From: Octopus sinensis
Taxonomy: Eukaryota
Length of the DNA stretch: 64,000 nucleotides
Direction: 5' to 3'
Assembly (NCBI RefSeq): GCF_006345805.1
Contig: NC_043025.1
Location: forward strand, 15,562,001-15,626,000
Below the pieces are notes generated by a model. That model saw nothing but the letters and a program-made list of their open reading frames with translations, was not told the DNA's origin and searched no databases. Shown here piece after piece: positions 37,560 to 51,084 of this stretch (position 1 is the stretch's first letter; every line of letters starts with the position of its first letter). Made by a program: the position numbers and the translations under genes.

Positions 37560-39200
37560 TTCAAAAACATCCCCACCCCATAACTTTCCATATCTCTATC
37601 TCTTTGCTTGTCCTGCCTATCACATGTTGATACCCAGGACATATTTCTCTGGCACCCATGCATCATACATGATGCACAGTCCAAATTTTTATTTTAACCG
37701 CAAAAATAACTTGGGACTTAGACAAGGAAAGCTTTGGCTCCAGGTTCAATCCCACTGCGTGGCACCTTGGGCAAGTGTCTTCTACTATAGCCTTGGGCTG
37801 ACCAATGTCTTGTAAGTGGATTTGGTAGATGGAATCTGAAAGAAGCCCATCGTATGTGTGTGTGTGTGTGCTTGTCCCTCACCATTGCTTGACAACTGAT
37901 GTTGGTATGTTTACATCCCTGTAACTTAGCGGTTCAGCAAAGAGACTAGTACTAGGCTTACAAAGAATAATTCCTGGGATTGATTTGTTCAACTAAAGTG
38001 GTGCTCCAGCATGGCCACAGTCAAATGACTGAAACGAGTAAAAGAATAAAGTGTAGACATTCAGGGCAATGTTATGGAAATGCTTTGGACAGGCAAAAGG
38101 CTGACGTTGCAGATGGCCCCACCGTAAAGACACTTTGGGTATAACACAAATTCACCAGCATCACACTAAGGCTGTCTCTTCCAAAAGAACTGCTCAACCC
38201 TAGGCCTCTCCTGTCTGACCCTAATATGAGAGACAGGACATATTTCTCTGGCATCCATGCATCATATGATGATACACATTCCCAGTTCTTTCTCCAATTA
38301 CGGACAGTAACTCGGGACTTAGGAAAGCTTTATTTTACTCAGAATATATGAAACAAGCATCATCGTTTAACGTCCGCTTTCCATGCTAGCATGGGTTGGA
38401 CGATTTTGACTGAGGGCTGGTGAGCCAGATGGCTGCACCAGTCTCCAATCTTGATCTGGCAGAGTCTCTACAGCTGGATGCCCTTCCTAATGCCAACCAC
38501 TCCGAGAGTGTAGTGGGTGCTTTTTACGTGCCAAGGCACAGGGGCCAGTCTGGTGGTACTGGCAATGACCTCGCTCGAATCTTTTTACACATGCCACCAG
38601 CACAGGTGCCAGTAAGGTGACGTTGGTAACAATCATGCTCGAATGGTGCCCTTTTACGTGCCACTGGCACGGAAGCCAGTTGGCTGCTCTCGCAACAATC
38701 ACACTCGGATGGTGCTCTTGGCATCCTGCTAGCACGGGCACAAGTGCCAGTAAGGCGACGCTGGTAACGATCACGCTTGAATGGTGCCTTTTAAGTGCCA
38801 CTGGCATGGAAGCCAGTTAGCCGCTCTGTCAATGATCACGCTTGTATGGTGCTCTTTGCACCCTGCTAGTACAGACGCCAGTCATCAAATTTGATTTTGC
38901 TTTTGATTGGCTGACTAAAAGTCTGAAAAGAAGCATGGATGTTTAGGACAGACTTATGAAGGACCCAATATAAGGACACATTTTGTATAACAAAACTGTC
39001 ACACTAAAGCTGTCTCTTCTAACAGAACTGCTTATCCCTTTGGCCTGTCTTGTGTGTCGCGTAGGATACTCAGGACATATTTCCCTCGCACCCATGCAAC
39101 ATATAAGATAGACATTGCCAATTTTTTATTTTAATCCCCAGAGTAACTTGGGACTTATGAAAAGAAAGCTTTATTTTACTCAGAACATGAAACAAGGGCT
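37560..39200. repeat. Old local triplication interrupted by SINEs
   Basis: CAGGACATATTTC(T/C)CT...CATGCA...GTAACTTGGGACTTA...GAAAGCTTT at 37635, 38234 and 39071. Confidence 0.8.
38358..38900 (-). mobile_element. Family 3 retroposon with internal tandem expansion
   Basis: Near-identical head to 10047 and 23566; repeated GGTAACGATCACGCTCGAATGGTGC units. Confidence 0.85.
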
Positions 39201-40603
39201 AAGAAAAACTCTGAAACCAAGCATGGCCATTAAAGACAAACTTATGAAAAGGATTTGGATGGGTAAACAATTAACAATGTCTGCAAGTTTTAGGGTTAGA
39301 TCTCTGGCTTGAAGGTATCTTCCCCACTTTCTTCTGCCAGTGTCGGAGACCTTCAGGAATAGGTATGGACACTGTCCTTCCCTTCAGATTCAGTGATAAA
39401 AGAATAAAAAAAAAACCCAGCCAACAGGGATCACACATGTAAGTGTAAACACAGAGCCAAAATAAGTCAAGCAGTCTGTGGTATCTGTTTAAAGCCAAGT
39501 GGCCTATGACTGATCTTGCTGTGGCACCTGCTTACAGCCATGCAGACTGTACCTCCATGTGGTACCTTCACACAGCAACTGAACATAAACTCTTCTTTCT
39601 CAAACAGTTACCAATAAACATTCACATTATTTTGTGAGTTGATTTGCTAGATGGAGACTGAAAGAAGCCCACCATCTGTGTGTGTGTGTGTGTATACACA
39701 AGGCACTTTGGCCAGGTGCCTTCTGCTATAGCCTCAGCCCACCCAAAGCCTTGTGAGTGGGTCTGGTAGACGGAAACTGAAAGAAGCCTATCATATGTAT
39801 CTGTGTGTATGCATGTGCCTGTGTATCTCTGTTTGTCCCCACCACTACTGCTTGACAACCAGTGTTTGTTTGTTTACATCCTCATAACTTAAAATACTAA
39901 TAGAATAAGTACCAGGCTTAAAAAAAAAGTCCTGGAGTCAATTCATTCAACTAAAATCCTTCAAGGTGGTGCTCCAGCATGACCACAGACTAATAACCAA
40001 GGCAAGTAAAAGAGAAAAACCTCAATATGGTTCTGGGTTCAGTCCCACTGCATGGCACCTCAGGCAACTGTCTTCTAATACGGCATTGAACTGACGAAAG
40101 TCTTGTGACTGGACTTGGTAGACGGAAACTGAAAGAATCCCACTGTGTGTGTGTCCCTCCACCGCTTGTCAATCGGTGTTAGTGTGTTTACATCCATGAA
40201 ACTTCACGATTTGGCAAAAAGAGGACCAACAGAATAAGTACTAGGCTCTGAAAGAAAAATAAAATATCCTGGGGTCAATATGTTTGACTAAAATCCTTCA
40301 AGGTGGTGCCCCAGCATGGCCGCAGTCTAATGACTGAGACAAGTAAAAGACATGTATGAATTTATGTGTGAGAGTGTATCCTTGATATCATGTGACAGCT
40401 GTAAATGAGCATCACCGTCATACAAGCAGTGTTGTTCATTTCCAGTCCTCCATGGAAAACATATCTGATCATGGAGAAAAGAGCTAAGGGTTAGCAACAG
40501 GAAGGGCATCCAGCCAGAGAATATCTGCCTTAACAAATACCATCTGACCCAGACAAGCGTAGAAATGCAGAACTTAAAGGATTATTATTATTATTATTAT
40601 TAT

Positions 40604-40808
40604 TTTTGGCTTTGCACAGCTTCTAATGCTGGGGACGTACAACTGTGTCAGCTGTTCACTCCCAGTGAACTAAGGCAACACCCTTATTTTTTGAGCACCA
40701 TACAGAGTATTCAAGCAGTTCCAAGCAGTGCTGTTTTCTGAAAGTGCTCCACCCTTACTGCAGCCCCTATTTGTTCCAAATACTTCAAGGTCTTTACTCA
40801 CTCTTCCC
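40604..40808 (-). pseudogene. 5'-truncated R4/Dong-clade LINE in a (TAA)n microsatellite
   Basis: GRVSKDLE/YLEQIGAAVRVEHFQKTALLGTA*ILCMVL; (ATT)n on both flanks (40581-40603 and 40809-40832). Confidence 0.75.
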
Positions 40809-40830
40809 ATTATTATTATTATTATTATTA

Positions 40831-41005
40831 TTAAGACTATATAGGACCGAGGTAACTCATCCAGAAGTTATATACAACTAAATAGAAGAATGCCATATCA
40901 TGTGAAATTGGTTGAACAATATTTCGGCATCTAGCGTGCCTTTCACTCTTCTGATTATTTGTGTATAACTTCTGGATGAGTTACGTTGGTCCTATAAAGT
41001 CTTAA
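40831..41005. mobile_element. Hairpin MITE, ~58-bp TIR, TTAA ends
   Basis: TTAAGACTATATAGGACCGAGGTAACTCATCCAGAAGTTATA versus TATAACTTCTGGATGAGTTACGTTGGTCCTATAAAGTCTTAA. Confidence 0.8.
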
Positions 41006-41333
41006 CAAAAACTGAAGTAGACTCACATGTAATGGGATTGAACTTGGCATCACATGCTTCAAAAAAAAAAGAAGGGATCAACCACAGCTTCCATAGGTCC
41101 TTCACAAAGTGGCCGGAGTGCTAGAACAAGTGCATTGAAAGACGAGGGTCTTTAAAGGAAATCAGAGTCACTTGTTTGAAATTAATGCTTCTCCTGAAAA
41201 AGTCTCAAAACTTCTGGAATGCACACAATACTCAACACACAATAGCATTCATATTAATTGACATGTTTGTTTACACAGGGAAAATTCACTTTATTTCTTC
41301 TTCTGCCCAAACATACCCACACACACAACAATA

Positions 41334-41398
<65 letters not shown>

Positions 41399-41749
41399 TA
41401 TACACATATATATATATGCATATTTACAAGAAAGTTTACTTTGTGAGGGAAAACATTTTTATTTTACCTGTTTTCCCACAGGAAGAAAGACTTTTGTTAA
41501 CTTACTTAATTAACAAAAAGCCTTCTGGCTACCCTGAGAATTTACGCAGGGGCACGTGCCTGGAGGGTGGTGGAGGGCATGGAGTGATGCCAGAGGAGGA
41601 GGAGGAGGAGACAAAGATGAATAGGACTTAGTTTTATAGTGTTCCTATACTTAACCAATTAACTTTACTTTTCTGAGAAATTAATTAAAAAACAAATCAT
41701 TCCTGGAAATCCTTACATGTGATACCTGGCATGGTAACTAGTAACAACC

Positions 41750-41983
41750 CAGATTGAGACCGGGCTCTGGCTCTGAGTACAAATGTCTTGTATTCATAAC
41801 TTTTGAATTAAAATCTTTTCATAAGTTCTGAATGAAAATCTTCCACCAAACCTTAGTCACAATTTATATTCCTAACACTAGCTGAATGATAACTAAGTTA
41901 TTTTACTAAATTCTTTATTATATTTAAAGTAATTGAAAGAAACACAGAGCATCTCAACAGAAATACAGTAACGAAAGGGTTAA
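41750..41983. mobile_element. GTAACGAAAGGGTTAA-ended MITE-like copy
   Basis: Same family as 3500-3860. Confidence 0.55.
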
Positions 41984-42070
41984 ATGATGAAGATATATAC
42001 ACACACACAAACAAAAGGGAACAAATTTCATCATCATCATAATATATATATACAAATGAATAAATATATA

Positions 42071-42151
<81 letters not shown>

Positions 42152-43410
42152 AGAAATACATACATACACTTGAGTATATTTGAATACACACACACACACA
42201 CACATATATATAATACACAACAAAACATACACATGGATATATTTGAAAACATATATATACGTAGATATAGACACGTACATATGAACACGTTCAGAGATAA
42301 GCAATGACACAGATAAAAATCTACAGAACTTGTGTCACCCACCCACACACCCAGAACAATGTTAAACACACCCCTCACCACACACACACACACACACACA
42401 CACACAAGTCATTGGCCATCTTCATAAATGAGTCATGTGCACACCAATTTGTATATATCTGTATAAAGCAAGCCTGTGTGTGTGTATACATTATTATACA
42501 CACACAAACATACATATACACACAGACACACGTACACACACTCAGATATGTACACACACACATATACACATACACACATAGACACATGTACACACACACA
42601 CAGATATGTACACACACATATACACACACAGACACACGTACACACACAGATTTGTACAGACACATATACACATACATATACACACATAGACACACGTACA
42701 CACACACACAGACATGTATACACATACATATAAACAAACACACACACATACGCATATACATGCACACATACATGCATACCCCCACACATGTGTTGCAAAG
42801 TCGTGTGTGTGTGTGCACAGAGATATCTGTGCATGTCAGAGAGGTGTATGTTCAACATTGTAGCCAGAACTCCAAGAGAGTGTGCATGATGGCACAGCCA
42901 GCATTACCAGAGGAGACGGGGGGTGGGGCAGGGCAGGGCAGGGCAGGGCGCACGGAGAAGGGGCGGTTACCATATCACACACCCTTCACATCCAGAACAT
43001 GGAAGTAATAAAGAAACAATGTTTAATGATTGTGATGATGATGGTGATGATGAAGAGGATAATGGTGATGGCAACAATGATGATGATGGTGGTGGTGGTG
43101 ATGGCAGTGATGACGATGATGGTAATGATGACAATAATGGTTATTATGCCAGTTATAATTAGTCAGTGAATTGGCAGACCCGTTAGAGCATCAACCCGAA
43201 AGACAAACCCAGCAGGTGACTCATAGTCGGAACTGCTCCTTCAATAGTCCCAGAAAAGTACGATCCATACCAACACTCATATCACCATTTTTCTCTTGGT
43301 GCCGCTAGTCAAACCAAAAAATCCCAATATGGAACCAACCAACGCTTTTCTCCTCATTCCACATAAAATTCTGAGAAATTGGACGTATTTTTCTGTCGGT
43401 TCCATCATCA

Positions 43411-43812
43411 TACTCTCTTTACTTTTTTACTTGTTTCAGTCATTTGACTGTGGCCATGCTGGAGCACCGCCTTTAGTCGAGCAACTCGACCCCAGGACTG
43501 ATTCTTCTGTAAGCCCAGTACTTATTCTATCGGTCTCTTTTGCCAAAGCGCTAAGTAACGGGGACATAAACACACCAGCATCGATTGTCAAGCAATGCTA
43601 GGGGGACAAACACAGACACACAAACATACACACGCATATATATACATATATATATACATATATACAACAGGCTTCTTTTGGTTTCCGCCTACCAAATCCA
43701 CTCACAAGGCTTTGGTCGAAGACACTTGCCCAAGGTGCCACGTAGTGGGACTGAACCCGGAACCCTGTGGTTGGTAAACAAGCTGCTTACCACACAGCCA
43801 CTCCTACGCCTA
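43411..43812 (-). mobile_element. SINE family 1
   Basis: Family 1 consensus with a short internal deletion. Confidence 0.9.
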
Positions 43813-43861
43813 ATGTCTGGCATTAGAAGAATATGGAATATTTACCATTATTTCCTTCTGT

Positions 43862-44255
43862 GACTAGATGCAAATAAGCCTGTTTTTTTCTCTCAGAAAA
43901 CACCTCCAAGAACCACGAATTCCATGGAACTTCTTCCTTAGATTTTTATCTTCTTTGCATTTGTTGATATTTGTAAAACCAAATGGTGGGCAACTTTCAG
44001 CAAATATCTGTTTTGGTTTTCCATCTTTGCTGGCATCGCTCCACTTGGTATCAGGTGGAGTGATGCCAGTCAACAAGTACGATTCCTGATGTCAATGAAC
44101 GTGAATCAACCAATTCTGCATTGGCAGGCCTCACTCAGAATGCTGCCCACAGATCCTTGGATGCGAACGTCAAACTCATGCTGGCTGCTTTTTGGCAACA
44201 TTTTCTTCGTGTTGGATGGATTGCTGCCAGACAACAGCCATAAAGTTTAATTATG
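43862..44255 (-). pseudogene. Decayed non-LTR retrotransposon RT C-terminal region (clade uncertain)
   Basis: Frameshifted peptides AVVWQQS, SILSEAC and YLLTGITPPD...ASK...KQ...PPFG resemble the APVW..LNEACR..LAGIAPP..HPLFG order. Confidence 0.4.
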
Positions 44256-44514
44256 ATAGATGCGGGCGTGGTTGTGTGGCTGAGAACCAGCCACAGGGTT
44301 TCAGGTTCAGTCCTACTGTGTGGCACTTTCGACAAGTGTCTTCTATAGCCATGGGTCAACTAAAGCTTTTGTGAATGGATTTGGTAGATGGGGACTGAGA
44401 ATAACCGATGTGTGTGTGGGTGTGTATACATATCTTCAATTCACATCCAGGTTATGAGTATATATATGTATGTGTGTGTCTATGCACATGTGCCAACATA
44501 ATATTTATCATCAC

Positions 44515-45484
44515 ATGGGGAAATGTCAGCAAGAGAAATTATATTCTTAAGATTATAAACCTGGAAAAGTTGAGGAGATCTCATTACATCTGGTAAAATA
44601 CAAAACAAGAAAGTTTTCACTTAAAATATTGCTGCTGAGGATAAGATCTGAATATTAAAAATTATTTGAATTCAATTTACAAAGTAACATAATTAAAAAT
44701 GGTACCATCATTTTGCTAAAATACTAACACACTACAATACTTAAATACTTAAGAAATGAGAGCCAGAAGTACCAATATAAAGTTTTATGCAAAGTAAAAT
44801 AGTATATATTGTAGGTAAATTCATTATGTCAAAAACAGGCATTGGGTCAAGACTAAAAATGTGAAGACTTGGTAATAACTGAAGCAAGAACTCAAGCAAG
44901 AACTCAAGCAAGAACTCAAGCAAGAACTCAAGCAAGAACTCAAGCAAGAACTCAAGCAAGAACTCAAGCAAGAACTCAAGCAAGAACTCAAGCAAGAACT
45001 CAAGCAAGAACTCAAGCAAGAACTCAAGCAAGAACTCAAGCAAGAACTCAAGCAAGAACTCAAGCAAATTTTACTGTGAATTTGTTGTTGTAGGTTGACT
45101 TTTACTGTAATATATAACTAATTTTTGTATTATTCTATTGTACTAATTATGTACTACTATTATTTTTCATAACCTATTTTCAAATTTTTAATTATTAATT
45201 AATAATTTCATAAAATGAATTTTTTTAAAGTACAAAAAATATTTTGAGTCATTTTTTATTTTCAATAGAAATAACAAATAGAATAACTTGTAAGAAAATT
45301 CTTAGTTTTTGTAAAAGCTAATTTTTTCTAAATCTAAATATTCTATTTGAAATTTTATCCTTAGCTGTAATATTTTAAGTAAAAATGTTCTTGTTCTGTA
45401 CTTTACCAGATGTAATAACTTGTCCTGTATTTTTCCAGGTTTGTATTCTTAAGAATATTATTTCTTTTGCTTGCATTTTTCCAT
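44515..45484. repeat. Inverted duplication: 44515-44644 versus 45355-45484
   Basis: Hand alignment gives 107/130 identities with no gaps. Confidence 0.85.
44882..45067. repeat. Perfect 12-bp minisatellite (AAGCAAGAACTC) x15.5
   Basis: Seen directly; no variant units. Confidence 0.98.
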
Positions 45485-45698
45485 CTAATATATATTATGT
45501 TGGTAATTTTTTCCTCCTCCTGTTTCCTTTGGACTTTCCTATGTCTCCTGTTTCTGAAGAAGAGCTCTGCTCAAAAGGTAAAATAACCACTCTTTTCCTT
45601 CCCTGAGCATCCTATTAATACGTTGCATGTGTTACACTTTTGCACTGTTTTTTAATTAACTATATATACACATACTTGTGTATATGTGTGTGTGTATG

Positions 45699-45734
<36 letters not shown>

Positions 45735-45794
45735 TATACATATGTATGTATATATATGTATGCATATATATATGTATATATATATGTATATATG

Positions 45795-45843
<49 letters not shown>

Positions 45844-46133
45844 GTGTATATATATGTATACACACACACACACACACTGTGTGATATATAAATAAAATGT
45901 TTTAATCTAGGTGTGTGACTTTTGGCCCACCTCTGTATTTGTATATATAAATATACACACATATATACATCAGTACTATAATGGAGAAAGCTGCTTATTA
46001 ATTAGGTACGTAGCAAGTACTAAAAGAAACCAATTATTAAAGGGTTGACTATCTGGAAATATTTTTATAAATTCACGTTCTGTGAAATTTCCTATAATTT
46101 TGATTTCTCAAGTTTCTTGAATTTTTTATAACT

Positions 46134-47456
46134 CCAATTTCTCACAAATTTAAATATTCACTGCGTCCAATTCATCACAAATTTAATGCGTCCAATTCAT
46201 CACAAATTTAATGCGTCCAATTCATCACAAATTTAAATATTCACTGCGTCCAATTCATCACAAATTTAATGCGTCCAATTCATCACAAATTTAATGCGTC
46301 CAATTCATCACAAATTTAAATATTCACTGCGTCCAATTCATCACAAATTTAAATATTCACTGCGTCCAATTCATCACAAATTTAATGCGTCCAATTCATC
46401 ACAAATTTAAATATTCACTGCGTCCAAGTCACCACAAATTTAATGCGTCCAATTCATCACAAATTTAAATATTCACTGCGTCCAATTCATCACAAATTTA
46501 AATATTCACTGCATCCAATTCATCACAAATTTAAATATTCACTGCGTCCAATTCATCACAAATTTAATGCGTCCAATTCATCACAAATTTAAATATTCAC
46601 TGCGTCCAATTCATCACAAATTAAGTATTCACTGCGTCCAATCATCACAAATTTAAGTATTCACTGCGTCCAATCATCACAAATTAATGCGTCCAATTCA
46701 TCACAAATTTAAATATTCACTGCGTCCAATTCATCACAAATTTAATGCGTCGAATTCATCACAAATTTAAATATTCACTGCGTCCAATTCATCACAAATT
46801 TAAATATTCACTGCATCCAATTCATCACAAATTTAAATATTCACTGCGTCCAATTCATCACAAATTTAATGCGTCCAATTCATCACAAATTTAATGCGTC
46901 CAATTCATCACAAATTTAATGCGTCCAATTCATCACAAATTTAAATATTCACTGCGTCCAATTCATCACAAATTTAGATATTCACTGCGTCCAATTCATC
47001 ACAAATTTAAATATTCACTGCGTCCAATTCATCACAAATTTAATGCGTCCAATTCATCACAAATTTAAGTATTTACTGCGTCCAATTCATCACAAATTTA
47101 AATATTCACTGCGTCCAATTCATCACAAATTTAATGCGTCCAATTCATCACAAATTTAAATATTCACTGCGTCCAATTCATCACAAATTTAAATATTCAC
47201 TGCATCCAATTCATCACAAATTTAAGTATTCACTGCGTCCAATTCATCACAAATTTAAATATTCACTGCGTCCAATTCATCACAAATTTAATGTGTCCAA
47301 TTCATCACAAATTTAAATATTCACTGCGTCCAATTCATCACAAATTTAGATATTCACTGCGTCCAATTCATCACAAATTTAAGTATTCACTGCGTCCAAT
47401 TCATCACAAATTTAAATATTCACTGCGTCCAATTCATCACAAATTTAAATATCCAC
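46134..47456. repeat. Two-state minisatellite (33-bp unit and a 25-bp unit lacking ATATTCAC)
   Basis: ATTTAA[ATATTCAC]TGCGTCCAATTCATCACAA; roughly 40-45 units. Confidence 0.97.
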
Positions 47457-49405
47457 AGCATTCACTGCAGAGTATTCCATTTTCATTTTCAAAGTCTCTC
47501 ACTTTCTCTTTTAAGTTTTAATTCACAATTAATGTATATGTAAGGTAAAATCGTTATTGAATGAAAATTTTTTTTAAATACCTGTATCAATTTTTGAACA
47601 CAGGAGCTTAGAAAGTCAGGTAATTACTATTAGAAGATGAGGAGAAAAAAAAGAACAAAATGTCACCGACAAGTACTCAAAACTTGCAACTTATTCAGCT
47701 GCACTCACACTTGCACACACACAAATGAAAGGCAGTGAATGTGTGTGCGTGTGCATGCGTGTGTGTACTGTTCACTGACAAAACTTTGTGCTGCATCACT
47801 TTTGTGTGACAAAAATATTTTCACACAAAGGAAACTTTAATGTTGAAGTGAAACAAATGGGATTTGTCTGTTGTTCACAATCTCAGATCAAGTCACATGC
47901 TATGCAAGTACATCTCTGTAATTTTTATAAATCACTGTGGATAAATGCCAGCAATGACATTCTCAGGCTCTCCAATATTTTAATTTCTAAATAGAAACAA
48001 TCGGGGGCAGGGAGTGGGGTTGCAAAAACTTCATAATTTCTCAAATTTTGTTTTCATAGCATATAAATGTATTTATGGGGGAAAATGTTGAAAAACATCA
48101 ATACATGCGAGAGTGATAAAGAAACAAGGAGGAGTGTCTTTGCATATGCTAGAAACAACAGCCAAATCGTCCTTAAATCACTTTTCCCTCTGAAATTATA
48201 AAAAAATTTTTTACTGAAAATGCTCTTTCCATGGTTTTGAAGTGCAATAAAAAATTGGCCAAAACAGGTTCAGAGTGGGATGAGGGACTGGGGTGTAAAA
48301 AAAAAGTTTTCGAAACATTTTTCATACAAAGATAACTCCCCCTCCAACCCCATCATTTCAAAGGAAGTGGTTTAAAAAAAAATGGGGAAAATCCCCCACC
48401 AAATTTTCCCCACAGATTTCTTTATAATTGTAATCTATGCCATTTGAAAGGGATTTGTATAAGTTTTCATTAAACGATGCCCATCTTCCTGAAGGTTATG
48501 AGGGGAAAAAATCAGATCGTGTGAATTTTCAAAATTCTTTCCCATAAATTCCTATATACTCTGAAGCTACAACATCTAAGCGGTATTTGTAGAAAATAAA
48601 GTATTAATTTTTCTGGATGTTATGAGGCAACAAAGTCAGGGGCATATACAGCTGTAGTAATGCCCTTTTATTTGTCCGCACTTTTCATTTCATGTTTATT
48701 TCATTCATTGTTTGCAATGTTCTCTCTCTGACACACACAAAGCTTACAGTTGGGCTGCTGAACTGAAATTTCTATGTTGCTTTGAGGGTAAGGTAAAACT
48801 TGACAAACTGCCTCTCCCTTCGTTGTTGGGCTACCGTGACGTTTGTTTAAAAAAAGAGATTATAACTGTGATAAAATAATGAAAGAAATATTTACTAAGC
48901 AAGTGAGCACCATTATACAAAGAAATAATTAGACGTAAAATGGGAATTAAATGTGAAAGTATTATCAAGGGGCTAGCAGAAAACCACCCAGAGAGCAGTC
49001 TTTCTGCTCATGAATTAAATAAGGCTACATATAGTTTCTGCCTTGCAAATCCACTAACAAAGCATCGACAGGCCCAGGGTTAAACGCTGCTTAAGGTACC
49101 ATATCACGCAACAGGATTGAACCTAAAACCACACAGCCATACAGACAACCTACTGAACCAAATACCTCAAAATCCTCTTCTAAAACTGCACTAATCCTTA
49201 ATCTGTTTTCAGCTGGATTAGCAGAAAAGCTGACCCCCAGTTAGATTTGAACCCACTGCACAGAGTTGGAACAAATACTCTAGCCCACCATTCTACGGAT
49301 TCTACCCATTTGCCACCCTTATAAGAGATTACTAGGCTATGACTTTCAAATAAAGAAACGTCTATTTATAAACAAGTCATTTCACAGTTATTTTTATATT
49401 TTATT

Positions 49406-49449
<44 letters not shown>

Positions 49450-50097
49450 CATAATTTTTTGGCAGTACTCAAGATATGGTATCTTATCATTTCCCCATAT
49501 CACCTACATTAGGCATGCATGACATATATATACACATATAAATACACACAGGCTGGTACAGTGATACATACATACAAACACACGCAGAGACAAAGACAGA
49601 TACATACAGATGGAGAGAGACACACACACACACACACACTGGTATGAACATATACATGTACATAGAATCAAATATACTAACACACACAAACAGGATCAGA
49701 GACATACAGAGAAAGGAAGAGATGAAATAAGACACACACACACAAATATGATACATATATACACATACAGACATATTCAGAGATGGAGATAATGATACAC
49801 ACACACACACACATGTATAGATGTACATATATATAAATTAGATCCATCCTCAGAAAATCAGACATGGCAGAGACTCACCCTCCACCCCCACAGAACATAC
49901 ACACCTATTCATCCCCCACCTCCCCCATGCACACACACTCACCCAGAAAAAGAGAGAGAGAGAGAGAGAGACGCACACAATTGCACAGAAAACTTACACA
50001 CCGAAACTCCTCCATGACACACACACACACACACCCAATCACACACACACAAACACACCCAATCACACACACACACACACACACAAACACACCCAAT

Positions 50098-50128
<31 letters not shown>

Positions 50129-50132
50129 AATC

Positions 50133-50164
<32 letters not shown>

Positions 50165-51084
50165 CCAATCACACACACACACCCAATCACACCACACACA
50201 CACACACCCAATCACACACACATGCATACAGTCATACAAGCACTCAGATACATGGACCCACACACAGGTTCCTTTGCACACACACACACACACACACCAC
50301 AGATACATACAAACAGATGCCAACCTTCTGCACACATACACAACGCACTAAAATACATAGATAATCTACACACACACGACCTCCTGTTCTTCACACACAC
50401 AGAGGCCCACACATACATACACTCCATCACACACACACACATACATACATACACACAGCCCCTTCTCTCTCTCTCTCTCTCTCTACATACCCCCACGTAG
50501 TGACCCTCCTCACCACACACATACAAGCAGACCGCCCCCCACACACACAAGCACAGACCCACATATACATACACAGAACCACACATACACACACACAAGC
50601 ACAGACAGAAATATACAGACACCCCCTCCCTCCCTCCCTGCAGACATACCTACACATAGATACCCCCCTCCCCCACACAACTACATACATATTAACTCAA
50701 CACTTTCCACACACATACAAACCCACACAGATCCACCTACACACAAGCATAAACACACACACACACACACACAAGCACAGACTCCCCCTCACCCCCTCAC
50801 ATCCAACAACCCCCCCCCCCTTCTGCATATACATAAACACAGTCCCACATACGGACACTCCATCTCCACCTCCACACATACCCTTCCTCCTTCCCCACTG
50901 TGTCTGTGCGTCTTCCATTCATTATAGAAATAGATATGACATAATCAAGGTAGACCAAACCTTAACAAAAAAAACTTTAATTAACAAATTAATGAATAAG
51001 ACAGACTAATTTATTGCAACGAGACATGCCAACCACCCACCACCACAATAATAACCATGATATTAATAACAACCACCTCTACCC

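Noticed and set aside
41490-41560. Minus-strand exon with a strong tract and GTAAGT donor
   Set aside because: Stops in all three frames.
42304-43008. 234-aa His/Thr-rich ORF, and the similar ORFs at 49864-51009
   Set aside because: (CA)n-derived low complexity with no splice or domain evidence.
44741-45093. LLEF, SSCL and ARTQ repeat ORFs
   Set aside because: Translations of one perfect 12-bp VNTR; the flanks close the frames quickly.
46134-47456. CRISPR-like appearance of the 33-bp array
   Set aside because: No unique spacers, eukaryotic context, and no cas genes.
50025-50220. Repeated CCAATC boxes in a (CA)n tract
   Set aside because: Explained by slippage amplification of an interrupted microsatellite; no promoter evidence.
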